Below are positions 45,673-54,429 of a DNA stretch of 64,000 bases, piece by piece. The stretch lies in IMG/VR virus record IMGVR_UViG_3300045988_104412; one strand, given 5' to 3'. The position numbers and the translations under genes are program-made. The notes below the pieces were generated by a model that saw nothing but the letters and a program-made list of their open reading frames with translations, searched no databases and was not told the DNA's origin. Source of the DNA: a virus. Numbering within the stretch: the first letter of the stretch is position 1; each line of letters opens with the position of its first letter.

Positions 45673-45835
45673 CAAATATTACATCGGATGGGTACGCAGC
45701 GGCAAGGGTCTCGTAAAGAGCCGACCGCGCAAGCGGATAGCCAATGCCGTGACGACAATGGTCGGGAGAGGTATTGCCGACCATCGCGACGGACTGGGCA
45801 ACACCACACCGCATATAGTATATAAATTTGAGTAA
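45665..45835 (+). CDS. C5-MTase TRD-like mini-ORF M12 (56 aa)
   Basis: MIDKYYIGWVRSGKGLVKSRPRKRIANAVTTMVGRGIADHRDGLGNTTPHIVYKFE. Confidence 0.45.
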   Translation: MIDKYYIGWVRSGKGLVKSRPRKRIANAVTTMVGRGIADHRDGLGNTTPHIVYKFE

Positions 45836-45859
45836 GATTTGAAACTAAGAATTGTTCCA

Positions 45860-46006
45860 ATGGAGGCCTATGACGGTTGCATACCCGTAACCGTCTATAT
45901 GGTTCAGAAATATGTCGACCACTTCCCATTCGGCAAATGGGTAAACATAAAAGGGTTTTCCGACAAGAAAAAGGCTGTGGCATTAATGTCGCTATTGTAT
46001 CATTAA
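45860..46006 (+). CDS. small hypothetical protein (48 aa)
   Basis: Hand-translated MEAYDGCIPVTVYMVQKYVDHFPFGKWVNIKGFSDKKKAVALMSLLYH; below the ORF-track cutoff. Confidence 0.3.
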   Translation: MEAYDGCIPVTVYMVQKYVDHFPFGKWVNIKGFSDKKKAVALMSLLYH

Positions 46007-46028
46007 ACAAACATAAAATTGAGCAACT

Positions 46029-46730
46029 ATGAAGAAAGAAGAAATTAAGCCCGGAGACGTTCTTTACGACAAAGAGCGGAATCTGTTAGTAAAGGTAGCG
46101 AGAGTAGATGAAGATGGAGTGGTGAAGTATTCGGCTTACAGCGACATGCAAAGAATATTTAAGACCTGTCCTCCACCTTATTGCATAGGCATACGTACAG
46201 CCGAGGCTTACGTTCCGGCAACCGCCGTGCAGCGCAAGTATATGGAAAGAAATCTGACAGTGTGCGAGTATGTAAATCTGCCTAAGAACAATCGTATGGA
46301 GACACTTGCTTACATCATCTCCGACTTGAAGGCAGAGAACGTGGAGCTGGAGCAGCGTGTGCATCAGCTTATGGATGAATACAACGACGTGGTCCATCAG
46401 CTGCACGGAGCAGAAACGCGCAAGGAAGAAGACCCTACGAGACAAACGCTCAGTGAGATGCGCCAGATGCGCGACCATTGCGACAAGTTGGAGGTCGAAA
46501 ACAAAGATTTAAATAAGTGCTTAATCGCAGTTAGTTCGTTTCTGAAAAACCACAAACTGTATATGGCTTACGGAGCATCATGCTCTTATCGGTCTGGTCA
46601 CCCTGCCGTGAGTTCTCCGTCTTGTCGGGAGTGTTGTTCATACAAAAGTGACTTGCTGGACTGCGGCGTGGTCTGCGAAAGGAGACTTTCAGATGCAAAT
46701 GTTAGTTTCACTCGCGCCGAAGATTCTTGA
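46029..46730 (+). CDS. hypothetical protein (central coiled coil, Cys-rich C-terminus)
   Basis: 233-aa ORF. Confidence 0.5.
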   Translation: MKKEEIKPGDVLYDKERNLLVKVARVDEDGVVKYSAYSDMQRIFKTCPPPYCIGIRTAEAYVPATAVQRKYMERNLTVCEYVNLPKNNRMETLAYIISDLKAENVELEQRVHQLMDEYNDVVHQLHGAETRKEEDPTRQTLSEMRQMRDHCDKLEVENKDLNKCLIAVSSFLKNHKLYMAYGASCSYRSGHPAVSSPSCRECCSYKSDLLDCGVVCERRLSDANVSFTRAEDS

Positions 46731-46856
46731 TGGAGCACTTTTTGACGTCACCCTTTCTCCATTTCTTTCCAATATTGCAAAGATTGGAAAGAATGGAGTT
46801 CTCACTTCGAAACCGCGTATTCTGAGTATTCTGTGGTCAAAAACAATATTTCATTT

Positions 46857-47210
46857 ATGATACAACATCAGCATTGGGAAGATTCTATTCGCATATTCGT
46901 CACCGACGAGCTGCATCATGGCAGCGTGCAGGCGTTCATCCCGAACCTCATTGAAGACAAGCCTTTGGATGGTGAGGCAGACGCTCTCATCTATTCGCTG
47001 TGGGTTGAAGAAGCGTACCGTGGTCGCGAGGTGGCAAAGCACTTGATGGAGGCAGTCGAAAGGGAACTGAAATCCTATGGCGTAAAAACTTTAGCAATAT
47101 CGTGGGACGGACGCGACTCTCCCCAGTGGGTGTTGCAATGGTATGAAAGATTAGGCTACGAAAAAAAAGCGTGCGACTATCGCTGCTGTACGCTTCTCAA
47201 ACGGCTGTGA
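46857..47210 (+). CDS. GNAT family N-acetyltransferase
   Basis: LWVEEAYRGREVAKHLMEAVERELKSYGVKTLAISW (GNAT motif A, R-x-x-G-x-A-like). An A8 run stays in frame. Confidence 0.65.
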   Translation: MIQHQHWEDSIRIFVTDELHHGSVQAFIPNLIEDKPLDGEADALIYSLWVEEAYRGREVAKHLMEAVERELKSYGVKTLAISWDGRDSPQWVLQWYERLGYEKKACDYRCCTLLKRL

Positions 47211-47277
47211 TATTTGTCATCAGATGAAACAGATCTACTACACATTTCTTTTTTATTAACGGATTTATAGAACAAAA

Positions 47278-48453
47278 ATGAGTGACTTAAAAATTTTTGC
47301 TAAGACCATCGAGCCTGAAGCCAAGGAGCAAGTAAGGCAGATGGCAGAGAGCGCAGCCTACCGCGACTGCAAGATTCGCATTATGCCCGACTGTCATGCG
47401 GGTAAGGGATGCACAATAGGTACGGTAATTCAGACTGCCGGCAAGGTTGTACCTAATACCGTAGGCGTGGATATAGGCTGTGGTATGTTGGTATTCAAGT
47501 TCGCAGAGAAGGATATAAACCTTTCGCTTCTCGACCGAATCATCAATGAGTCGGTGCCGAGCGGATTTGACGTTCACGAAAAGTCCAAGCTAAAAGATTG
47601 GAGTCCACTTACGTCATATCTTTTGCTCGATTTGCACGAAAGGACACAAGGTTGCTTCGACCCCGACTATATCGGACGCTCGCTTGGCACCCTCGGTGGC
47701 GGCAATCACTTCATCGAGCTTGACGAGGACGAGCAGGGTTATAAGTATCTTGTGATACATTCGGGCAGTCGCAATCTCGGAGTTAAGGTGTGCAACTTTT
47801 TCGAACACTTAGCCAAGAAGAATGTGAATCGAAACGAGGAGCGCCAGCGCATCATCGAAGACTTTAAGAAGTACGGCTTAGAGAGGGAGATTAACAATAC
47901 GTTGCGTCGTTTTGGCACCGTGTCTCCCGATCTCGCCTATCTTGAGGGAGAAGACCTCAATGCCTATAATTTCGCAGCGAACGTCTGTCAGAATTTTGCC
48001 GACGACAACAGATGGAATATAGCAATACCTATAATCCATGGGCTTCAATTATCGTTCGTGGATTTCTTTACCACCAGGCATAACTATTTCGACATACACT
48101 CAGGCATCATCAGAAAAGGAGCTGTGAGTGCCGAAAATGGCGAACAGCTTATCATTCCTCTGAACATGCGCGACGGTTCGTTGATATGTCGCGGCAAGGG
48201 CAACGAAGACTGGCTTCAGTCGGCTCCGCACGGTGCAGGCAGACTGATGTCGCGCTCGGCTGCCAAGAAGCAGCTCAGCATGGAGGAATACCGCCAGCAG
48301 ATGCACGACATTTACTCCACATCGGTATGCGAGTCCACCATCGACGAATCACCAATGGCGTATAAGTCGGCAGTGGAGATTGAAGATCTGATAGGCGACA
48401 CCGTGACCGTGGTAAAGCGCATCAAGCCGATATACAACTTTAAGGCGAAGTAA
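47278..48453 (+). CDS. rtcB: RNA ligase RtcB
   Basis: IMPDCHAGKGCTIG, VGVDIGCGM, GGGNHFIELD and SAPHGAGR, the full set of RtcB metal- and GMP-binding motifs. Confidence 0.9.
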   Translation: MSDLKIFAKTIEPEAKEQVRQMAESAAYRDCKIRIMPDCHAGKGCTIGTVIQTAGKVVPNTVGVDIGCGMLVFKFAEKDINLSLLDRIINESVPSGFDVHEKSKLKDWSPLTSYLLLDLHERTQGCFDPDYIGRSLGTLGGGNHFIELDEDEQGYKYLVIHSGSRNLGVKVCNFFEHLAKKNVNRNEERQRIIEDFKKYGLEREINNTLRRFGTVSPDLAYLEGEDLNAYNFAANVCQNFADDNRWNIAIPIIHGLQLSFVDFFTTRHNYFDIHSGIIRKGAVSAENGEQLIIPLNMRDGSLICRGKGNEDWLQSAPHGAGRLMSRSAAKKQLSMEEYRQQMHDIYSTSVCESTIDESPMAYKSAVEIEDLIGDTVTVVKRIKPIYNFKAK

Positions 48454-48477
48454 GACAAATAAAATTTTTATAGAACA

Positions 48478-49098
48478 ATGGAAACAAGCTTATTGAAAAA
48501 ATTCTTGTGCATGTTGTGCGTGATAGAAGTAGTAAACCTTATCGCTTGCCTTATTTGCCTGTTGCGTGAGTTCTTTCGTACCAGGAGAGAAAGAAAGGCA
48601 AAGCAAAAGGAGGAATGCCAACAGCAGGAAAAACCTACATGGCAGCTGATACCGCCTGTGCTCCTCACTCCAAAAGAGCGTCGCGAATACATGCTCAACC
48701 ATATCGAGGACGGACAGTTTTATGCAATCTTCTCGCTCCGCAACTCCGACACCACCATTGTATGCGCAAAGCGATACGAAGCTGAAGAAAAAAGGCTCTA
48801 TTGTTATGCTTACCTTTGGATAAGCGGAAATGGCGTTTATAACTTGCATGTCAGCGACCCTCACGGTATAATCAAATTACGTGATTTTCTCGGCGACAAG
48901 CCCCTACGTATCGACTACAATCTCAACCCTGCCCTCGTTGTCTTTGAAGAGGAAAATATCTCGCCCTACCTCACGGAGAGAGATTTCAACGACTTCGTGC
49001 TCAGTATACAGAAGGCTGGGCTTGAATGTAATATCGAGAAGGGCGAAGATAATGGGCTGGGCTCTTACAAATATCGCTTGAAAGAAAGAGAAAAGTGA
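48478..49098 (+). CDS. hypothetical protein with N-terminal TM segment
   Basis: 206-aa ORF with a hydrophobic N-terminus. Confidence 0.5.
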   Translation: METSLLKKFLCMLCVIEVVNLIACLICLLREFFRTRRERKAKQKEECQQQEKPTWQLIPPVLLTPKERREYMLNHIEDGQFYAIFSLRNSDTTIVCAKRYEAEEKRLYCYAYLWISGNGVYNLHVSDPHGIIKLRDFLGDKPLRIDYNLNPALVVFEEENISPYLTERDFNDFVLSIQKAGLECNIEKGEDNGLGSYKYRLKEREK

Positions 49099-49141
49099 GA
49101 ACAAACATTATATTAAACAATTTAAAAACAAAACGACAATT

Positions 49142-49513
49142 ATGGAAACAGTAATTTCAGTACTTATCATCGTTTTAGTAATCATGCTCATTTGTTTCTT
49201 TTCGTCTTTGATCGACCATTTCTTAGGAAAGCGCAAGGAACAGACCTTTGAGAAGTCTTTTCGCCGCGTAGAGCAGCATGTGGGCGTTTGGACTGACATG
49301 CACAAGGTCGGTCCGTGGTATCTGGTGGTGTTCACGACTAATTCACCCTACCCTATCTTGATCTCTAACAACAATATCCGCTCTGTACATCTCGATCCGA
49401 AAGATTGCCGACTGATAGTAAAGCAGTTTAATGGCGAGGATATGGTGATAGACGACGTGGAGAACTACGGCTTGAAGTCGGCAAGCGGAATATCCGAATT
49501 TGACTTTCAGTAG
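49142..49513 (+). CDS. hypothetical protein with N-terminal TM segment
   Basis: 123-aa ORF starting METVISVLIIVLVIMLICFFSSLI. Confidence 0.5.
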   Translation: METVISVLIIVLVIMLICFFSSLIDHFLGKRKEQTFEKSFRRVEQHVGVWTDMHKVGPWYLVVFTTNSPYPILISNNNIRSVHLDPKDCRLIVKQFNGEDMVIDDVENYGLKSASGISEFDFQ

Positions 49514-49557
49514 TTCTACGGCGTAAGACGACAAAAGACATTCTCTTCATTGTTTTT

Positions 49558-49654
49558 AGACTGCGTGGCTCGCAAGTATTCCCGACTGCCCACACCTCGA
49601 ACTTTCCATTTTTGGTTGTGGCAGGGAAGACGGCGAAGCCCGCAGTCTTTTTTA
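49558..49654 (+). terminator. long (about 90 nt) imperfect hairpin followed by T6: strong terminator or structured RNA
   Basis: The outer 8-bp stem AGACTGCG / CGCAGTCT is perfect. Inner stems are GGCT-CGC / GCG-A-AGCC and CTGCC-ACACC / GGTTGTGGCAG, followed by TTTTTT. Confidence 0.5.
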
Positions 49655-49763
49655 TGTCCGCCCCACCAAATCAAAATCCGCTATCTTTGCCTTGTAAACA
49701 ATTCGAGGTTTCTCGCGGCATCTCGCAGCCCTCAACCAACAACACTAACAACACAACGAAAGA

Positions 49764-51515
49764 ATGACAACAGTATCTTCTATCAGCGAGCTCCAACAGC
49801 GTAGTGAGGAACTCAAAGCACTGGGCTACGAGGCTGTGCGCCCGGCGGCTTACACCAGACCAAACATGGATGGTAGTCGCACGTTCTCCTGGGGCGATTA
49901 TGCCCACTCTATGCTCACATCTACAACTTCAGCAGACTCGGGCGCAGCCCGACGTGAGATTAGCACCGTGTTCGGTTCAAGCGGTGGAGAAAACAAAGCC
50001 GTACCGCAGAACGTAGGCACGCCCGGGTTAGGTTTTATGGAGTGGGGCTTGGGCAACCGACTGCCCAACCTCGTGTACTTGCTTTCTAAAATGTCGCCCT
50101 TCCCTGCTGCCGGCATCGACTTTGTGAAGAAGATACTCGTAGGTCGCGGTCCTGTCGCCAAGTACCACTATACACAGTACGTTGGCGGCAATATCACCGA
50201 GAAAAACATCCCCTTTGCTTCTGCTGGCACTCTGCTACGAGGTCAGATAGCGGACCTTAAGGCTAAGGAAAAGCAACTCTCAGAATCGGAGAACGAAAAA
50301 TCTCGTTCGGAGGCTCAGTTCGCACCGTCGGCGCCCTCGCTCTCCGAACCGAACAGCAGCGAAGACAGCGAGGAAATGAAGTCGCTAAAAGAGGATCTTG
50401 CCGAATGGAAACGCACGAACAAAGAATTTCAGGAGTTTATTGACAACAACGACCTGCATCGCACCTATCTCGATATGGCTGGCGATATGGCGCTTATGTC
50501 ACAATGTTTCTGCGAGATTCAGCTTAATCAGCGTCAACTTGACAAGGACGGACACCCCGTACCTACATCGCAGTGGACCCCGAAGGTTGTCGGACTGAAG
50601 CATCGCAGTGTTTTCACAACCCGACTGGAGCGCATGGACGATCAGTATCGCATCAACTACGCATACACATCTAACCAGTGGCTCGATTCGTCGCAGGTGC
50701 AGACCTCGCTCAAGCCCGAGGATATGCGCATAGCCGCCGTGCCCTATCTTGCAGCCGACACCGCCGTAAAAGACCTCGACCGCCGTGTGCGCGAGGCCCG
50801 CCAGCAGCGAGTGAGCCGCAAGAACCGCCCCACGCGCTTCATTATGTCGCCGCGCGACTTCGGAGGTCCTTACTATGCCGACGCTCTCTGGCACAGCATC
50901 TTTGCCGGAAGCATCTTCGAATACGCCTTCACCATCGTTGACGACCGACTGACGCGTAAGCGCAACTCTAACATCATCGGTCGCGTGATCTACATTCACC
51001 AGGAATATCTCAAGAGTCTCTACACCCAGCAGGGCGAAAACAAAAGTAAGACGATGGCGCAGATTCAGCAGGAGGTGTTCAGCGACATCAACACTTGGCT
51101 CTCCAACCCCGACAACGCAGGTCAGGCTCTCATCTCGGCTGTGTTCACCGGTTTGGACGGTAAGGAGCACAAGGCATGGGAAATTGTCGAAATTGAAAGC
51201 AAGGCTAATTCTCAGGCTCAAGCCGAGAAGACCGAGCTTCAGGAGATTTCCTCTATCATCTTCTTCGCTATGGGACTCGACTCGAAGCTTATCGGCAACA
51301 CCCCAGGTGACGCTACATCATCGGGAGGCACCGACCTGCGCGAGCGCTTCCTCGTAAAGCAGATTCAGTTTGCCCCACTACAGCAGCTCATGCTTCGACC
51401 GTTGGAGGTAATTACAAGAGTGAACAAATGGGACTCGCACCTCGTCTGGCAGATAGACCGCGAAGTACTCACGACGCTGGATAACTCGAAGACGGGAGTG
51501 GCGAAGCAGGAATAA
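49764..51515 (+). CDS. virion structural protein, possibly portal
   Basis: 583-aa first gene of the long late operon, with a CA-rich leader. Size fits a portal, but no motif was verified. Confidence 0.3.
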   Translation: MTTVSSISELQQRSEELKALGYEAVRPAAYTRPNMDGSRTFSWGDYAHSMLTSTTSADSGAARREISTVFGSSGGENKAVPQNVGTPGLGFMEWGLGNRLPNLVYLLSKMSPFPAAGIDFVKKILVGRGPVAKYHYTQYVGGNITEKNIPFASAGTLLRGQIADLKAKEKQLSESENEKSRSEAQFAPSAPSLSEPNSSEDSEEMKSLKEDLAEWKRTNKEFQEFIDNNDLHRTYLDMAGDMALMSQCFCEIQLNQRQLDKDGHPVPTSQWTPKVVGLKHRSVFTTRLERMDDQYRINYAYTSNQWLDSSQVQTSLKPEDMRIAAVPYLAADTAVKDLDRRVREARQQRVSRKNRPTRFIMSPRDFGGPYYADALWHSIFAGSIFEYAFTIVDDRLTRKRNSNIIGRVIYIHQEYLKSLYTQQGENKSKTMAQIQQEVFSDINTWLSNPDNAGQALISAVFTGLDGKEHKAWEIVEIESKANSQAQAEKTELQEISSIIFFAMGLDSKLIGNTPGDATSSGGTDLRERFLVKQIQFAPLQQLMLRPLEVITRVNKWDSHLVWQIDREVLTTLDNSKTGVAKQE

Positions 51516-51559
51516 GAACTTCGGATGTAAAACATAAAAATTCAAAACTCGTATAGCGT

Positions 51560-52615
51560 ATGATTATTTCGACAACCAAGGAACTTCGGCTCCACATCCC
51601 CAGTAATGCCATTGATGATATAAGTTCTCTTCAGGGCATTCTTGACAATAGCGAGAAAGATTTTCTGCGCGACAAGTTGGGCGACTCGCTTTACAACCGG
51701 TTGTGCGAGTACTACCAGACCGTTTCGCCCGATGACTTCTACTTGTCCGTCTGCAATGGCGAACACATACACCAGCCATGGCAGCAGCTTTTGCTTATGG
51801 CGCAGCGCGTGGTGGCTTATGATGCAATGGCACGTTTCGCTTATCCGCAAGCCCTATCAATCAACGGTACAGGCATCAATGTGGCTTCGAGTGAAGACTA
51901 CGGCGCTGCATCCAAGGACCTTATCGACAAAGGCGTGCAGGGCTACAAGCGCGAGGCGATGGTGTCGCTCAACCAAATGCTCGTGATGCTTGAAGGTTGG
52001 GCAAAGGATTGTGTTAAGAAACAGGCTTCTGACGTACAGGAAACAGCCGAAAGCGTACCGAATACCGACAATAGTGTACCGAAAACGGGCGAAAGTGTAC
52101 AAACGACCGAGATTAAGGAAATCACGAATTTCTGGAAAGAGAGCACCTACTACTACCTTCACCACGACCTCCTCATTGCCACATGCGCCGAACTTCAGCA
52201 CTACCTCGACATCTACGAGAGCCGTGAGAAGTTCATCCGGCTTCTGCCCGATCTCCATTTCATTCAAGACGAATACATCAGCGAGGCTATAGGCGAACCG
52301 ATGGTGCAGCAACTTCTCATCTCTACTGATCCCGAAGACAAGCCTCTCCTTCGCAAGGTGCGTCGCCTGATGGTGGCTCATCTGGAAGAGCGCACTACAA
52401 TTCTCACTATTGACAAGGCGCGCCGATCTGCGGCTCATAATGAAGCCGTCGCTCTGCGTTCTTCGGTTTTGAGACTTATAGAAATGCGCAAGGCAGTTGG
52501 CAAGGCCAATGCTGAAGTTAATTCTGCCGATTCTGAAAATCATTCCGACAACCAGAAAGGCTACGAAAACAATCAACCCGGTAGTAAGATTTTCGTCTCA
52601 CCATTGTTGTATTAA
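51560..52615 (+). CDS. hypothetical virion-module protein
   Basis: 351-aa ORF in the late operon. Confidence 0.5.
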   Translation: MIISTTKELRLHIPSNAIDDISSLQGILDNSEKDFLRDKLGDSLYNRLCEYYQTVSPDDFYLSVCNGEHIHQPWQQLLLMAQRVVAYDAMARFAYPQALSINGTGINVASSEDYGAASKDLIDKGVQGYKREAMVSLNQMLVMLEGWAKDCVKKQASDVQETAESVPNTDNSVPKTGESVQTTEIKEITNFWKESTYYYLHHDLLIATCAELQHYLDIYESREKFIRLLPDLHFIQDEYISEAIGEPMVQQLLISTDPEDKPLLRKVRRLMVAHLEERTTILTIDKARRSAAHNEAVALRSSVLRLIEMRKAVGKANAEVNSADSENHSDNQKGYENNQPGSKIFVSPLLY

Positions 52616-52628
52616 AACCCAATGATAT

Positions 52629-53690
52629 ATGGAAGATATAATCCACATACTTACACCTGCCCTATCCGCCCGCATCCTCACGTCCGACCAGCGTGAGGCT
52701 TTCGAGCGCGGCCTGACACTCCTCGAAGGCACGCCAGGCGCCGCCGCATTTGTTCGCGACAGCCGGCGTTTCCGCGACTACCACCGCCGTGTGCGTCAGC
52801 TTCTGACCTACCTTCAGACGATGCAAACATCACGTTCGGAAATAAAACGGCACGTGGGACGCCCCACTCGCGAGGAGCAGGCAGCCTATGCTCAAGCGCA
52901 AAAAGAGAAAGCTCTTGAGGAAGCGCGCCGCTCGCTTTTCCCCGACCTGCAGCCCGACCTCACCTTGCAGCCTCTCACCTACGGCGGCATCGTGGCCAAC
53001 CCTAACGGCGAGACCATTGCGTCCACCATGCCCAACCTTATGCAACTTCGCCCGTTCCTCTCTGAGCGTTTGCAGGAGCAAGTCAACTCCGTGCGCTCAC
53101 TGCGTAACGAGATGGCTGCAAAGTCGGAGCAAGCCAAGACGATGGTGGAAGCCAATGAGAAGGCTGGCAAACCTATCTACACCGAAGAAGAGATTGCCCT
53201 TCTCGCGACCCGCGCCGTGAAGATAGAGAGCGACATCCTGCCACGTATCTACGTCAGCGTAGACCGCGAAATTGGCGAGGCATACCTTCGCCTATCACCG
53301 CGCACCGGCGACCCCGAATACATCGCCCGAATAGAGAAAGCGTGTAAAGTTCCACCGCAGAACCTTCGCGCCCAGTTCCGTCCGTTCTACGACAAGGCAC
53401 TCGCCCGCGACCCACTTTTCGCCCAGACCGTCGCCGACCGCATTGCCGCCGACCGTCCTGAAGTAAAAGCCGAGCGCGACCGCCAAGCCAAGCACAAGGC
53501 GGAAGCCGACGCTCTCATCAAATATATCATGCGCAAGGACAAGCCATCGACCAAAGCCCGCGTAAAGGGCCTTACCGACCGCATCGCCCAACTTCGCAAA
53601 GACTACGCCGACATTGTGACCGAAGACGAACTGAAAGGTTACGAGGCTATATTGGAGAAAACTAAAAGCGAAGTTTCACCAAAGGCTTAG
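52629..53690 (+). CDS. hypothetical virion-module protein (Arg/Glu-rich helical)
   Basis: 353-aa ORF in the late operon. Confidence 0.5.
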   Translation: MEDIIHILTPALSARILTSDQREAFERGLTLLEGTPGAAAFVRDSRRFRDYHRRVRQLLTYLQTMQTSRSEIKRHVGRPTREEQAAYAQAQKEKALEEARRSLFPDLQPDLTLQPLTYGGIVANPNGETIASTMPNLMQLRPFLSERLQEQVNSVRSLRNEMAAKSEQAKTMVEANEKAGKPIYTEEEIALLATRAVKIESDILPRIYVSVDREIGEAYLRLSPRTGDPEYIARIEKACKVPPQNLRAQFRPFYDKALARDPLFAQTVADRIAADRPEVKAERDRQAKHKAEADALIKYIMRKDKPSTKARVKGLTDRIAQLRKDYADIVTEDELKGYEAILEKTKSEVSPKA

Positions 53691-53737
53691 AAAGGCATAA
53701 AAAGACCCGATAAGGCTTTTCTTATATCCCAACATTT

Positions 53738-54379
53738 ATGACTTCTTTTGAACAACTAAAAAATCTCTGTACCGCTGCTTGTCACTCTCGCCACGCTTGT
53801 GCCGAGGGTTTTCGCGCCATGCTTGCCGCAGAGAATGTCAGTCAGCTCATGGCTGTGTGGCGTAATAACTGGGAAGACCTCGTAGAGAGCAAGTATGCCG
53901 ACATCATCAACGAGCAGCTCCCTGCCATCTATCCTTCATTGAAGGAAGAAATGAACGCCGCCGGTATCTATGTCAACGAATGTCCGAAGACCGCGCCCGA
54001 GTACGTTCTTGTGATAGTGACCGATTGCGACCTCCTCGTTGACGTGTACGACTACGCCAAATGCTATCTTTTAGGTTCGGCCTCCGTTCAAGCGTGGGGA
54101 CACAGTCAGGTGTATAGTGAAAAGAAAGACAAGACTTTCGTTTCTCTAAACGATTACGCCTATGGGCACATCAGTAAAGGTTTTGTGTGGGCATCCGACC
54201 ATTCCCGGTTATGGACTTCTGCCGAAGCCCTGCTTTATGGCAGCGTGAAATGCGAGGCTCACGGTGGCAAGATAAGCGCACAAAGTTATCTGAAGATTGA
54301 CGCCTACGGCGACACCAAGGTGTTCAGCAATACCGACCGCAACATCACGCTATATGGCAATGCAAAAATAATAGTATAA
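53738..54379 (+). CDS. hypothetical virion-module protein
   Basis: 213-aa ORF in the late operon. Confidence 0.5.
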   Translation: MTSFEQLKNLCTAACHSRHACAEGFRAMLAAENVSQLMAVWRNNWEDLVESKYADIINEQLPAIYPSLKEEMNAAGIYVNECPKTAPEYVLVIVTDCDLLVDVYDYAKCYLLGSASVQAWGHSQVYSEKKDKTFVSLNDYAYGHISKGFVWASDHSRLWTSAEALLYGSVKCEAHGGKISAQSYLKIDAYGDTKVFSNTDRNITLYGNAKIIV

Positions 54380-54429
54380 CACTTAAAGCCCAGTAAGGCT
54401 TAGAAAGGCTCAGTAAAAAACAACCCAAC

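Noticed and set aside
44756-46010. Minus-strand ORFs from the track (44756..45022, 44980..45291, 45304..45540, 45345..45578, 45588..46010) covering the TRD array
   Set aside because: Their products are low-complexity, Arg/Cys/Leu-rich, and overlap each other. The + strand gives a regular series of TRD-like mini-ORFs with conserved ends, so the minus ORFs are treated as shadow frames.
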